Positions 13,783 through 27,743 of a DNA stretch of 64,000 nt are shown one piece after another; positions within the stretch are counted from its first letter, which is position 1; each line of letters starts with the position of its first letter. A model generated the notes under the pieces. That model made no database searches, was not told where the DNA came from, and saw only the letters and a program-made list of their open reading frames with translations. A program made the translations under genes and the position numbers. Source of the DNA: Lama guanicoe (lineage: Eukaryota); contig MU053934.1 of NCBI GenBank assembly GCA_013239625.1, positions 3,862,399 through 3,926,398 of the forward strand, in the 5' to 3' direction.

Positions 13783-14394
13783 ATCAAGCGCGAGCTGAGC
13801 GAGAACACGCCGCACCTGTCGGACGAGGCGCTGATGGGGCTGTCGGTGCGCGAGCTGAACAGGCACCTGCGCGGGCTCTCGGCGGAGGAGGTGACCCGGC
13901 TCAAGCAGCGGCGCCGCACGCTCAAGAACCGTGGCTACGCGGCCAGCTGCCGCGTGAAGCGCGTGTGCCAGAAGGAGGAGTTGCAGAAGCAGAAGTCGGA
14001 GCTGGAGCGCGAGGTGGACAAGCTGGCGCGCGAGAACGCCGCCATGCGCTTGGAGCTCGACGCGCTGCGCGGCAAGTGCGAGGCCCTGCAGGGCTTCGCG
14101 CGCTCTGTGGCTGCCGCCCGCGGCCCTGCGGCGCTCGTGGCACCGGCCAGCGTCATCACCATCGTCAAGTCCGCCCCGAGCCCAGGGCCAGGCCCCGCCT
14201 CCGGCCCGGGCCCCGGCCCCGGCCCCGCCCCCAGTCAAGTCCGCCCCGAGCCCAGGGCCAGGCCCCGCCTCCGGCCCGGGCCCCGCCCCCGGCCCCGCCC
14301 CCGCCGCCTGCTCCTAGTGCCCGCAGAGCCCCGCCCGCTCCGCCCACGCCCATTCTCCAAACCACGCCCCTCTGTCCCCAGCTGCCTTCCCTAA
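13783..14394 (+). CDS. MAFF: MAFF last coding exon, bZIP domain; C-terminus frameshifted by a 70-bp duplication (215 aa as assembled, 166 aa without it)
   Basis: Acceptor cag|ATC at 13783, then [31 protein letters not shown]...[18 protein letters not shown]...leucine zipper...VITIVKS. The canonical-type ...ACS-TAG end (14315-14317) is out of frame as assembled; the frame closes at TAA 14392-14394. Confidence 0.93.
   Translation: MKRELSENTPHLSDEALMGLSVRELNRHLRGLSAEEVTRLKQRRRTLKNRGYAASCRVKRVCQKEELQKQKSELEREVDKLARENAAMRLELDALRGKCEALQGFARSVAAARGPAALVAPASVITIVKSAPSPGPGPASGPGPGPGPAPSQVRPEPRARPRLRPGPRPRPRPRRLLLVPAEPRPLRPRPFSKPRPSVPSCLP
14164..14303 (+). repeat. 70-bp tandem duplication inside the MAFF coding exon
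   Basis: Copies at 14164-14233 and 14234-14303 differ at only 2 positions (14216 G vs 14286 C; last base A vs G). Confidence 0.95.
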
Positions 14395-14906
14395 GTGCCT
14401 AAGCAGAATCTCTGTCCCCAGGTGCCATTTCTCTGCAGCCACCAGCCCCTGTGGTGAACATACGTTCCATCCCCAGAGGCTGTCTTCCTCGTGCAGCCCC
14501 TGAAACTGGGCCCTAATGGGGAGGGGTAAATTTGGTGAGAAAGGAGGTAAGGTAGGGTCGGGGGTCTGCGGCCCCCTTGGCCGAAGTTTCAGCCATCTTA
14601 GTTTGGGAGGATGGGATACAGAGCGAATTAGAGAAGGGCAGTAGAGAGGAAGAGTGCCACCGCTCATTTTGTAATTGTTTGCTCGGATTGTGCCAACGGC
14701 CCTTCCCCACCCTCTCGGGATATAGGACTAGATTTGACCCTGTATGTGTCTTGTGGGACTGTCCAGCTGGGAAGCTGATGCTCCTGCCTTTGCTTCGGGC
14801 CTGGATGCCTGGCCTTCCAAAGCTGGGATTTGCTAGAAGTCATCTAGTGAAGCCCAGTTAACAGATGGGAAAACAGGCCTGCAGCAGACATATATATGGG
14901 GAGGTC

Positions 14907-14925
14907 ATATATATATATATATATA
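14907..14925. repeat. (AT)n microsatellite in the MAFF 3' UTR
   Basis: Visible dinucleotide run. Confidence 0.85.
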
Positions 14926-15575
14926 GTGGTTGAGCTGGAAGTGAAAACCACGTATTCCCACTGCTGCCCTGAGATTCCAGCCATGGTTGTCGAGGGACAG
15001 TGGACAGGGCCTGAAAAAGGTGGTGCCAGGGCCTCCCTGGCCTGGGCGACAGCTCTCTGTGAGTCAGGGGAAAGAAGTAGAGGGAGAGAGAAGGTGATGC
15101 AGATGGAAGAGAGGAAAGGAGCTGGCTTGGCTCAACCCTGGGCTCTTCCTGCAGCCAGGGAGTTGGCCAGCCAGAGAGAAAGGGGACCAAGGAGGTGATC
15201 ATGGTGGCAGGTGGGCAGATGAGAAGACAGATCCTGCGGTCCTTAAAAGGGAAGGATCCACCTGTGGCTGTCCACTGTGGGGTGGGGACTGACCACTGCC
15301 ATTGATCGCCATTCTCCTGGGTAGCCTGGCCCCAGCCCCTCCCGTCCCCCTCACTATACAGCTTCCTCTCCCTGCTGTTTATTTATTGCACGAGTCTAAG
15401 TTATTCTCCCCAGCCAGAGCCCCTGTGCCCACTGTCTGGGAAAAGTGGTGTGTGGCCCTGAGCTGGACTTTATATTTTATACCTGCAAGTAAATCACATT
15501 TTATCTTATATTTTGGGAAAGCCGGCTGACAAAAACAACCAAAAAATGTTTTTAAAAAATTGCCCGGCCCCAAGA

Positions 15576-15642
15576 ATTTATTTATTTTTCTTACAGTAAG
15601 CGAGTTATCCGCCTTCTGTATTTTGTAGACTTTCTGAATAAA
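15576..15642 (+). terminator. MAFF: MAFF 3' end: AU-rich element and poly(A) signal
   Basis: ATTTATTTA at 15576-15584 and AATAAA at 15637-15642, followed by T-rich sequence. Confidence 0.75.
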
Positions 15643-17228
15643 GTCAAGTTCCCTTTTTCCACAGTTTAGAAGCATGTCTTGGTCTATTTGAGACGGGGGG
15701 CGTTCTGAATGAGGGGCCCAAGATAGAGTTCTGCTTTCAATCCCAGGCTGGAACCTCTGCTGGCCGGGAGGTTAGCCCCAACCTGCTGATGAGGAAACTG
15801 CCCCATCACCAGCTCTTGCACCTGGGCTTGAGGGGTGGGCTGGAGAAGGGAACTGGGAAGAGTGGTGATAAAACACCTGTCCTTCCATCTGGTTGCCTAG
15901 AGTCAAGGAGCTTCCCTGGGGAAGGCAAGAGCCAGGAGGACGATGAAATGTAGGGTTAAATTCTCTGGGCATCCCTTCAGCAAATAAACAGTCCCGCCCA
16001 GAAAGGAAAATTCCCTGATTTGAGAGTAATCTTTCCAGCACTTTCACACTGAGGTCGGATAATCTATAGCCAAGTAAAAATATTTTCCTCATGTTCCGGA
16101 AGTCACAGGGAGGCAGGGAGAGAAGTGGCTTCCTTAGTCCTAGCCTGCACGCCTAAATTGCAACCCTGTGTCTCACCCTAGGCCCCGAAGTCCCTGGAAT
16201 TCAACCCAATCTGCCAGCCCTTCTGGGACACCCTGAGGAGTGGAGTGTTCTGTGATCTGTGGATCAGAGAAACTGGGGTTAAAGCAAGGTGTTTTTCTCT
16301 AGTTGTATGACCTTGGATGACTTATTTAGCTTCTTGCAGCTCAGTTTACCCTCCTGTATAACTAAAGTACTCTAAGGGCACAGATGTGACGAGCACTGGG
16401 AACCCGAGGGGCTGCAAGCTGTAATGCAGAGTGAGCGTTTACCCCAAAGGCGAGGACGATTTCTGAGTGGCTGGGTATGGAGGGATGGTGGGGCTGGGAG
16501 AAGGATGCTTCTGTCGAACGTGTAGCATTTGAAATCGGGGGAAGGGTCAAACCACATGGGTTGTCTTGGTCCACAGACCTTTTTCCCCAAGTCAGGTTGA
16601 GGCCCAGGACCCTGATCCCGGACACTGAGCTCGGGCCTGCAGACAGGGCAGCAGGAAGCTGCGGGAGGGACAAGCGGAGGTCAGCGGGCTGGGAATTTCC
16701 CCCGCCCACGCTGCATTCCTGAGTGCTCCTGTCAGCACAGCCTGCCCGGAAGACATGCCTTGGTGGCAGAAAGGTACCAGGTGTCATGCGATTGCCCACT
16801 GCCCTGAAGGCCCTTCTCCCGGCCTCCTTGCCCCTTGGGGAAGGCACCTAGGGTCCCGGGACAGAGGGTGGACTCAGGAAGGCAGGAAGATAGCCTGGAA
16901 GGAGGGAGGGGCATCTCTTCAAACCCCTGGAAGACACCTGCAGGAGTGGGGCTGCCAGAATGCAGGCCCCATCTAGCTGGCTGACAAAATGGGGCACAAA
17001 GCATCAGCCGACTGTACACAACAGCCCTGTGGGATGTTGCGGCCAGTGGACCAAGGAGGCCACTGTGTCCCACTGGCCGGGGAAGGGGGAAACACTATCC
17101 AGTGGGGCCCTGGACCCCGATTTTTGCCTCTGGCAATGTGAATCCACCCTCCTCAGCCTACACCTACAATCCGGAAGGAAGGGGGTTTCCTAGGACACCC
17201 TTGCCCATAACCACTAAATCCACCCCAA

Positions 17229-17230
<2 letters not shown>

Positions 17231-17271
<41 letters not shown>
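17231..17271. repeat. (CA)n microsatellite just beyond the TMEM184B 3' end
   Basis: About 20 CA units. Confidence 0.9.
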
Positions 17272-17273
<2 letters not shown>

Positions 17274-17358
17274 GGAGAAGAGGAAGGGAAAAAACCTCAC
17301 CCACAGGCAGAGATTTCAATACAATCTATATTATCTCATATATATATTTCTTTCTCAC

Positions 17359-17364
17359 TTTATT
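17359..17364 (-). terminator. TMEM184B: TMEM184B poly(A) signal
   Basis: AATAAA on the minus strand in an AT-rich block at the end of a ~2.2-kb 3' UTR. A (TG)n tract lies downstream on the minus strand (17231-17271). Confidence 0.7.
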
Positions 17365-19521
17365 TGCTCACTTCTGTCACGCATTTAAAATGTCACAGAG
17401 ACCAAAATAGAGCGGCTTTCTGGTGGAACTCATGGCAGTCATACACGAGATACAAAACTAGGGGACTCTGTCTTCTCATACATCATACAATTAATTTTTC
17501 AAGTATTTTTTATGTACAAAGAGCTACTCTATCAGGAAAAAAAATTAAAAAAAAAATAAAAAGACAAGGTAGGTTATGCATCCTAGGAAGGAGGGATGGA
17601 GTGGTCAGGCACGCGATCCTAGCCCCATCTCCCCAGGGGCAGCGAGCTCCCTGCCACTGAGCCCCTCATCTCCCCCACCCACCACGCGAGAGGGCCGGTG
17701 CCGCCGGGGCAGGCAAAGACAGTGGGGCAGGGAGTCAGCAGCACACTTTGGCCTGGAAGGAGAATCAGAGAAACAGATTCATGAAAGCAAATGGTGGCGG
17801 CAGGCCGGAGGCTCTCCTCAGACAGCCTGCACCTACCTGCTGCCTCCAGTACCCGACAGGCAGGCCTCTGTGCCCCCCACCCCTCAGGGCTGGCTTGGTC
17901 ACAAAGACCGAAGGAGACCCAGGAAGATTGCTGGGAGGGAACCCCTCACTGATCCTTGGGGCAGTTCAGTCCAGGAGTGGCCAAAAGGAAAGAGATTCCA
18001 CGGTGAAGTTCTGATGCCACAGGGCAGGGCCCTTCTCCCTCACCCTACCCTTCCTCCAGGCTGTTGTAGCCCAAAACCACGTGCTCTCTGGGTTTCCAGC
18101 GATGGGACACACTGCCCGTATAAATGTGCACTGTGTCCATCACAAGGCTCTTCCGAAGAAAAGTGGCCAGAAAGGGCTCCAGCTCTGGGAGGCTCCAGGT
18201 ATATGCGCATGGAGGCGGGCGAGGGGAGGCAACTGGTAGTCCTGGGGCCTGCCCTGAGGCCTGCCCAAGGGCACTTGGCCCAGCACTGCAGGATCCTCTG
18301 AGTGCTAGCAGCTTAACAGGGAGCCCCCAGGGAGTGTCTGGGACAGACCGAGGGCCTAGGGAGGGGAGCTTTCATGTGTGACTAAGGCACAGAAAAGATG
18401 GGCCATGGGGCCAGATGAGGCAGGACACCAGGCCCTGTGTGGAGACGGGGCCAGGAAGAGGAGTCTGGAACCACTCCCACCTCCTGGCTCCCCTCCGCTG
18501 CATGCCCCATCCCTCCACCCTCCTTACCAGCAAGGCTGTGCTCCTCTGGAAGCTGGTCTGAAATGCTGAGACTCAGACCCTCCCCCTAAAGCAGGAGGGA
18601 GAAGCCCCAGGGAGAGACCGGGAGCCAGCAGAGACGCTGATTGCTCAGCCTGACAGGGAGGTTTGGGAGCCACTGACCCTTTGAGCAGCTGGGAAGCAAG
18701 GGCTCTCCCCAAAACACTCTCAAGAAGGACCCCAAGTGGGAGGGCAGTGTGGGCTGCCAGCTGTCCTCAGCAGGCAAGAAGGGGCAGGAGGCGGGCAGAA
18801 GGTGCAGCCACAGAGAGGACACTCAGGAGCCCAGAGACCCCTGCCTTGTGGGGCTTGGAAAGGCCACAGCCCAGAAGAGGGGCCCACTTGCTCCCGCACA
18901 CCCTTCCGAGGTGGGACCCATGGCTCTTGATGTCTGGCTCCGATCCTTGCAGCATGCCAGGCAGGCCTGGGTCAGGAAGAGGGTCCACAGAGAGCATCTA
19001 TGTTCCTTCCTCCTTCCTCCTGCCCAAGGTGAGGCTAATCTAGCATCAGACAAGGGTGGACAGAGAGGGAACAGGCAGGAAAGAGCCCAGGTCAGAGTAT
19101 TGCACGGTGTTTGGGGGAGGGGCTGTAAGTCTCGTGGGGGAAGGGCTGAGAAGGCTGCAGCCGCTGGTCCACAGCACAAGCATCTGGGCCTGGGCACGGC
19201 TGGTCCCAACATGCCACCACCTCAGGACGAGCTGCAGGGGCCTGGGAGTCACTCCCAGTGTCCTCTGCTCCTCGCCCAGGCAGTAGAGCCTTGGCATTGT
19301 ATAAATATTCCTGAAGGCTCCTGGGTGAGCCTGGGCCGGCCCCTGGACAGACAGCGTCTGGCTGTTCCTCTGGAAGCGATATGTGAGTGTTTCTGGTCCA
19401 ATAAATTAAAGGGCAATGCCAAAGCTGTGCCCGCCTGCCTCCCGGTCCAGACATGAGGCTGGAGGTGGGGCACACCCTGCCCGGGGCCGAGGCGCCAGTC
19501 CTTCCCCACCAGCAGCCGCAC

Positions 19522-20085
<564 letters not shown>

Positions 20086-20673
20086 CTACACGCTGACTGA
20101 GGACAGGCAGCGTGGGGGGGGGCAGGCTTCAGGGAAGCTGGCCCTTGTCCCCCTCACCTGCGGATGCTCCCTTTCACTCTGAGGAGTGGGCCACAGACCC
20201 ACAGCGGAGCCAACATTTTTGCTCTGAGAGGGCGGGGGTCACCTGCATTGAAGTGCTCCCCCCTAATTCCCTAACTGTCCCCATGGGCTCTAGGGGGTAG
20301 AAATGGCCCAGGCCTCAAAACCAAGATACAAGAGGTGAGCCTGACTCTGGCCCCAGATCTTCAGACTCAAACGTGTATGCTCTTTCCACCTTCCCACTCT
20401 GCCCGGAAACTAAATGTCTCGATTTCCCGTTAACAAGCACTCTGCCCTCAGACTGCGCAGGGCGTATTCCAGAGCAATGAGAGACCAGGACGGAAGGAGG
20501 CAAGCTCTATGGAGGGCAGCCCTCGGCGGGCAGGTGCTCTGGCTCTGCCACCCAGGGGTGCCTGTGAGGGAGGAGACGGGGACATAGAGAAGGAACTAGG
20601 GGGAGACGCATGCTGATGACAGGGACCAGGACTGACGTGCAGGACAGACGTGCAGACTGAGAGCAGAACCTAC

Positions 20674-20694
20674 CGTAAGGGCCATATGTCGGCA
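20674..20694 (-). CDS. TMEM184B: TMEM184B alternative 21-nt microexon (adds VPTYGPY)
   Basis: gggcag|TGCCGACATATGGCCCTTACG|gtaggt. Phase 1-1, matching the flanking exons, frame-preserving, with an upstream pyrimidine tract. Confidence 0.75.
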
Positions 20695-22396
20695 CTGCCC
20701 GCGGCCAAACCCGGGGCAAAAGCAGGGCAGGGGAGGGGAAGGGAGCCAGAGAAATAGAGAAGACAAGAGACAGCTGAGTGAACACCACGCGCCCACCACC
20801 GAGGCCGGCACCGCACCGCACAGCACACCCTGCCCGCCCCGCCCCAGCCCTGCCAGCACTCAGGAGGACCCAGCTGCCCTCTCAGGGCTGGGCGGCGGGG
20901 GGGGGGGTGTCCACCTAGGAGATGCCTGTGTGGGGCTCACACTTTCTTCTGGTTGGGGGACAAACAGCGGACACCCAGAATGGTGGTCGGAGTTCAGCCT
21001 CTGCACCTAAGTAGGGACCCCCACCCCTGTTCCTCTTTAGGCTTGGCTGGAATTGCTGGGCCGGCACCATGTGCTTTACAGGCCTCACAACACTTCACAG
21101 GATGTCACGGAGTGGGTGGCTGACTTGTGCAGACCACACCGCAGAGCCAGCTTTGCGCCCAAGCCTGACCGGAGGGCTGAGAGGGGCCGGGCGCCTCGGT
21201 TAGCAGGTGGACCACATGCCCAGGACCAGCAGGGCGGTGGGCAAAGGCGGGCAGCAGCTTTCCCTGGCTGGGCTGGGCTGGCGTCCCTGCTAGAGCTGGA
21301 TTCCTGGCCATGCTGTTTCTTACTGGGGGTGGATGTGTCTGGGGCAGTGGGTGGGAAGACAGCCAGGCGTCCTGGGAGAGCCTTTGCAGGGCCAGCAGTG
21401 CAGATACAATGTCTTAAAGCCCGTCTTAAGGGTGCAGAAAGAGTTCTCAGCCATGGCCTCAGGCTCTAGGCACAAGGGTGACCTTCCCAAGTGCCAGGTG
21501 GAACAGATATCGCCCTCAACACTGGGTAGGAGTCACCCAGATCCTTCCAACTGGCAGCCTGGCGGGACACAGGTGAGATAGGAGCAGATAGAGGTGAGCC
21601 CTGGCCAGCACAGCGCCTGCCACTAAGTGTAGATTCAAAACTAGAAAAAGTGCCTCGAGCGCCCAGCCAGCAAGTGTGTTGGGAGAACAGTCAGGTGCCA
21701 GAGTCGAGAGGCCTGGAGAGCAATTCAGCCACACGCCTCCAGCAGCCTCAGGCGTTTTAAGGCCTCTTCCCAACCAGGGAAAGAACATGGCAAGGTGGGA
21801 GGCGGGCGGCCAGGGAGCCCTGTGCAGGCCAGGAAGTCGCTTCTACGCTCTGCTCAGCACGCCGCTCCCCAGGGCCTGTGGTGGGCACAGGTGGGGGACC
21901 TGGACAAGTGGGTCCCTCCTCCAGCCACAGGGCAAGGGAGCTGGCAGCAGCAGAACCCTCGAGTGGGCATGTTAGACAGGAGGCCCTCCTGCCCCCTCAC
22001 TGGGTAAGTTGTTTCAGGCATTCCTGCCTCCTCTTCCTCATCCCTCTAGTATCCCCTCTCTGCCCAGCAGCAGCCAGAGGCATCCCCCAGACCCTGCTTC
22101 TCCGGCCAGCACGGAGAACCACTCAGGGAGCTCTAAAAGCACATCCTGCCAGGCTCAAACCCAGGCCAGTCAATGCAGAGTCTCCAAGGCTGGGGCCCGG
22201 ACAATGTGGACTTTCAGAAAGCTGTTAAAAGCTATACCACCTGAGTCTGTTTCTTGGAAGTAATCAGGTTTATAAAAAGGAACTTTAGAGACAAGGGAAT
22301 CGTAGGACAAAATAGGTGATGGTGTTCAAACAAGTTAGGAACTTGTTTATTCTCGGGTCTCTGTCCTGACCTTCCATGGGATACTGTGCTATATCA

Positions 22397-22993
<597 letters not shown>

Positions 22994-23223
22994 TCAAGAA
23001 AACCCCATCCCTCCAGTTCCTGGCTGATAACACCAAGACATCGCCTCGAGTCCCCATCCATGAAGCAGTCCCACCAAAGCTCATGGCTCAGATGTCACAG
23101 CCCACAGCTGCTCAGTGGACAGAGGTCCCTTGAGCTCCAGGCCAGGATCACCCAGGGACAGCCCCATGGCCTGGGCCCTAGGGTCACTGGGGATGGTGAG
23201 CAAGAGGAAGGAGACAAGGCTTA

Positions 23224-23541
<318 letters not shown>

Positions 23542-24278
23542 TCAGCAATGCTTCTCGAGCCACCAGAGAGGGGACAGGTGATCAAAGTGGTCGAAACACT
23601 ATAGGGAGCGTGAGGGTGAGCACCAGCAGAGCAGGCCGGCCCTGCCACCTGCAGCCCTGGTGCCCATGCTCCTGGCAGAGGACTCCAGGTATCCTCTGGG
23701 GCAGGGGCTGCAGCCTGATGGTCAGAGTGACATGCAGCTTGGCTCTGCTCTTCTCACTTGAGCCAAGTTACATCCCCCACTGAGTCTGTTTGCTCACCGG
23801 CCCCTGGGTGCTGCTGTGCAAGGCATGGGTACAAGTATGTGTGAAGTGCATGCAAGCTCAGGGCCTGGACACGCGGTCACTTACATTAACTCCAAAGTGA
23901 TGTGTGTGTGTCAGTTCCCACAGGAGAGGAGACTGGAGACGGGCCTCTCAAGGCTCTGACCCTCTCGTGCCCTGCCTTGGGAATAGTCACTGTCCCTTCA
24001 TGGCCCACCCCCGGGGCACCACTCTGCAGTCTGTACATGAACATGATGGACGCTGAGTGCTCACTCCTGTGCCGGAGGCGGGGCCAAGAGTGATGGCCAT
24101 CGTGACTCAGGGGTGCAGGGAGGCGTGAGGGAGGCCAGGGTCAGGATTGGTCTCCACTCAGAGGAGGAAATGAGTGAGGGCCAGTCTGTGGCCACCCCAT
24201 TCTCTTAGCCAGGGCATTAGCCTCTGGGAAGGGCCACCCACTCTTCCCCACACACGCCGCAGGCGGACCCGCTGCTTA

Positions 24279-24473
<195 letters not shown>

Positions 24474-26829
24474 TCAGGGGAGGCCCAATGTCCTGCCCCC
24501 GGGGGAACCGCTGCATGAGAAGACAGAAGGACGTGAAGGAAGAATGGCGGAGGAACAGAGGAGCAGAAGACAGAGACACCGCCAGGGAAGGGGCCAGCAG
24601 GAACATCCCAGAGAGACAGGGACCGGGCAGAGGGAGCAGCTCATGGCAAGGCCCAGGGGCAGACAGGAGACAAGTGCGCGGCATTAAGTGCTGGAGGAGG
24701 TGGCCACACACAGGGAGCAGAGGTGGGTGAGGGCCTCCTCGTCCACCCCAGGTCTGGCTCCCTGGGCCTGGGCCTGGGGTTTATGTCGAGCTGGGGTCTT
24801 CCTAGGGATGGAGATGACCCACAGGAGTGCAAAATAGGAAGCAGCCCAAAGCACAAGGTCTGGAGTCCCAACATCTGAGTGTGAATTCTGGCCTCGCCAA
24901 CTACCAGCTGTAGAAGTTTGAATGGATGGTCACTTAGCCTCTGAGTGGCCACTCATGATAAATGGATGTAACCAGCCCCATGTCGCTGGGCCACTGTGCG
25001 GGGAATGAAGAATCAGACAGCACAGGCTGTCCTTGGAGGTCTCCCACCTCTGAGCACTCATTAGAGGCCTCAGCTGCTGAAAGAATCCCTCAGCCAGGTT
25101 TCCACGAGTCCCTACAGAGACCTCAGGAAATGCCAGGGGTACCCATGGTGCCCATAAAATCACTGGAATCACCATTCTCTTGAAACCAAACAAATCAAGC
25201 CACAAGGCCCCTTCTGTGGAGGTGGGTGCAGTTTAAAAGGCTAAGCTGTTGTGGCTCCCAATGGGGCAAGGACCCCGGAGCATAGTTACCTGTGGAAACC
25301 CCGGGTCTCTGCCCCGAAAGGGGCTCCAGCGAGGTTTACAGGGGAGCCCCAGGTGGCCTGAGTTGTGGGGCTGCCAAGAGGTGAGGCATGTGTGGCGGAG
25401 CTGGAGGGGCAATGCTGCGGTCAGTGAACACCACAAAACTCCCCAGGCCCCCACTCTCTAGAAGAAGCGGGACCAGCACGCTTTGGGGAAAGGGAGTGAG
25501 CGCTGCGAGCCTGCCGAGAGGCCGGGGCTGCCCTGGGTCAGGTCGCTTGGTGTTCTCAACAGCCCCATGACTAAGTACTGTCGTCATCCCCACAGTGCAG
25601 CTAGGGAAACTGAGGCACGGAGAAGCTGAAATGCAGGAGCAGCAAACTCTCCTGGAGACTCAGAACCCCAGGCGCCACCCTGCCAACAAAGCTGCAGTGT
25701 CCTCTCTCCCATGGGAAAGGGGTAAAGAGGCCTCTTCTGTCCTTTCCTTTTACTACCTGTCTCTGCCACCTCCGGGAAGGCAGAACATCTGAGCCCACGG
25801 GGCTGGGAAATAACTTACAACAAGGCAACCTAGCTAGTAATCTGGGATCAAAACTTCATACACAATCTAGTCATCAAAGAAAGCAGTGAGTCACAGCTGG
25901 ACGAACGGCTGGTAAACAACGGCTCTGAAAGGCCCCACCCCAAACCCAGGACAGTTTGAACTCTTTCCCCCACAGGTCCTGTGGGGAGACTTTGAATTTA
26001 GAAACACCCTCGGAAAGGATGGTCTGGAGGCAGAACTGGAGCCTGGGACGTCCAGGCAGTGCTTTGCGGGTGTGCCCGTGCCACGGGCATGGCCCCGCAC
26101 AGGAGAGCAAGCCAGCCCTCGGGCAGGTCACAGTGATCATGGGTTTCATTTCCCCTCTTGATGACACTGGGTGACGCTGGAGGGGTTGACAGGCCCTGTG
26201 AAGCCCCAGAGGAGATTAAGTCCAGGTCACACTGACTGGGTGTGGTGCTGAGCAAGACACAGCGGGGCTCTGAGCCAGAGCTGTGTTAAGTGCTATCTCT
26301 CACCTGTTCCTTAAATCATCCCTTGAGATAAGTATCATTATGCTCACTTTATGAAAGAGGAAACTAAGGTCCAGAGAGGTTGCGTAACCTATCCAAGATC
26401 ACACCGTCAGAGGAGAAGCTGGAAATCAGACTCACTTGGCCAGTCACCCAGGCCCATGGACTTTAAGCACAACACCACATCGCCTCCAGCCAGGCCACTC
26501 TAGACCACAGGGAGGGCAGCTCTGGAAACTGGAAGCTGCTGGCCTGACTGCCAGGTGGGAAATGGGGTAAGAGACCAGAGGCTGCACAGAACTGTTCCGT
26601 CATGTTCTTTAATGCAGAACCCTCCTGGCCTCTAGCCGCAGCTGATGAGAATTTTTCAAACCGAGATTCTAGAATCACCAGGCACTTCCTTGGATTCTCA
26701 TGTACAACAAGGCTTGGTCAAAGTGAGCAAGAGTCTGGGACCACTGCCTGCCCAGGGCTGAGTCAGACAGTCCCGGGACACCTGTCTCTGCCCCCTTGAG
26801 CACATCCTGCCAATGCAAGTGCATCCCTA

Positions 26830-27171
<342 letters not shown>

Positions 27172-27623
27172 TCAGGAGGGTGGGGCTGGAGAAGGCCACC
27201 CTCCTTCACATTCAGGGTACAGTGGGGTAGGGTGGGGATGGGGCTTGGACCCTGGGCAGTCTTTGAGCCAAGCATGGAGAGAGACACAAGAGAGCATTTC
27301 CATGTGTAGCAGGGCCTGCGGGAGGGAGCAGGGTGACATTAGCCTTGGGGTAACAAACCAACTTGAAAGGCACTAAATGTCAAAACTGCAAGAAGGAAAA
27401 ACAGGCAAACAGGAAAGGACAGGAAGAGAGAGGAGAAAGAGCCAAACAGGCCCTTCCAAGAGTCCCAGTGAATGGCCTCACTCAGGAAGTGTGGGAGAGG
27501 CACAATAGGTCAAGGTCATGGGCAGACGTGGTCTGTGTGACCAGTTGACGCCAGGACAGCTCAGAGAACGTCAGGCCAAGGAAACAAGGTGGTGTGGGAG
27601 GCTCCCGGGGGGCTTCATACTCA

Positions 27624-27743
<120 letters not shown>

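Noticed and set aside
14209..14226. C9orf72-like (GGCCCC)3 repeat
   Set aside because: Only three units, explained by Gly-Pro codons; not an expansion.
13552..14402. Long overlapping ORFs (228 aa on -, 145 aa on +) over the MAFF exon
   Set aside because: Shadow frames of a GC-rich coding exon that is depleted of stop codons; no independent support.
17576..19456. 241-aa and 235-aa ORFs
   Set aside because: Antisense to the GC-rich TMEM184B 3' UTR with low-complexity composition; chance ORFs.
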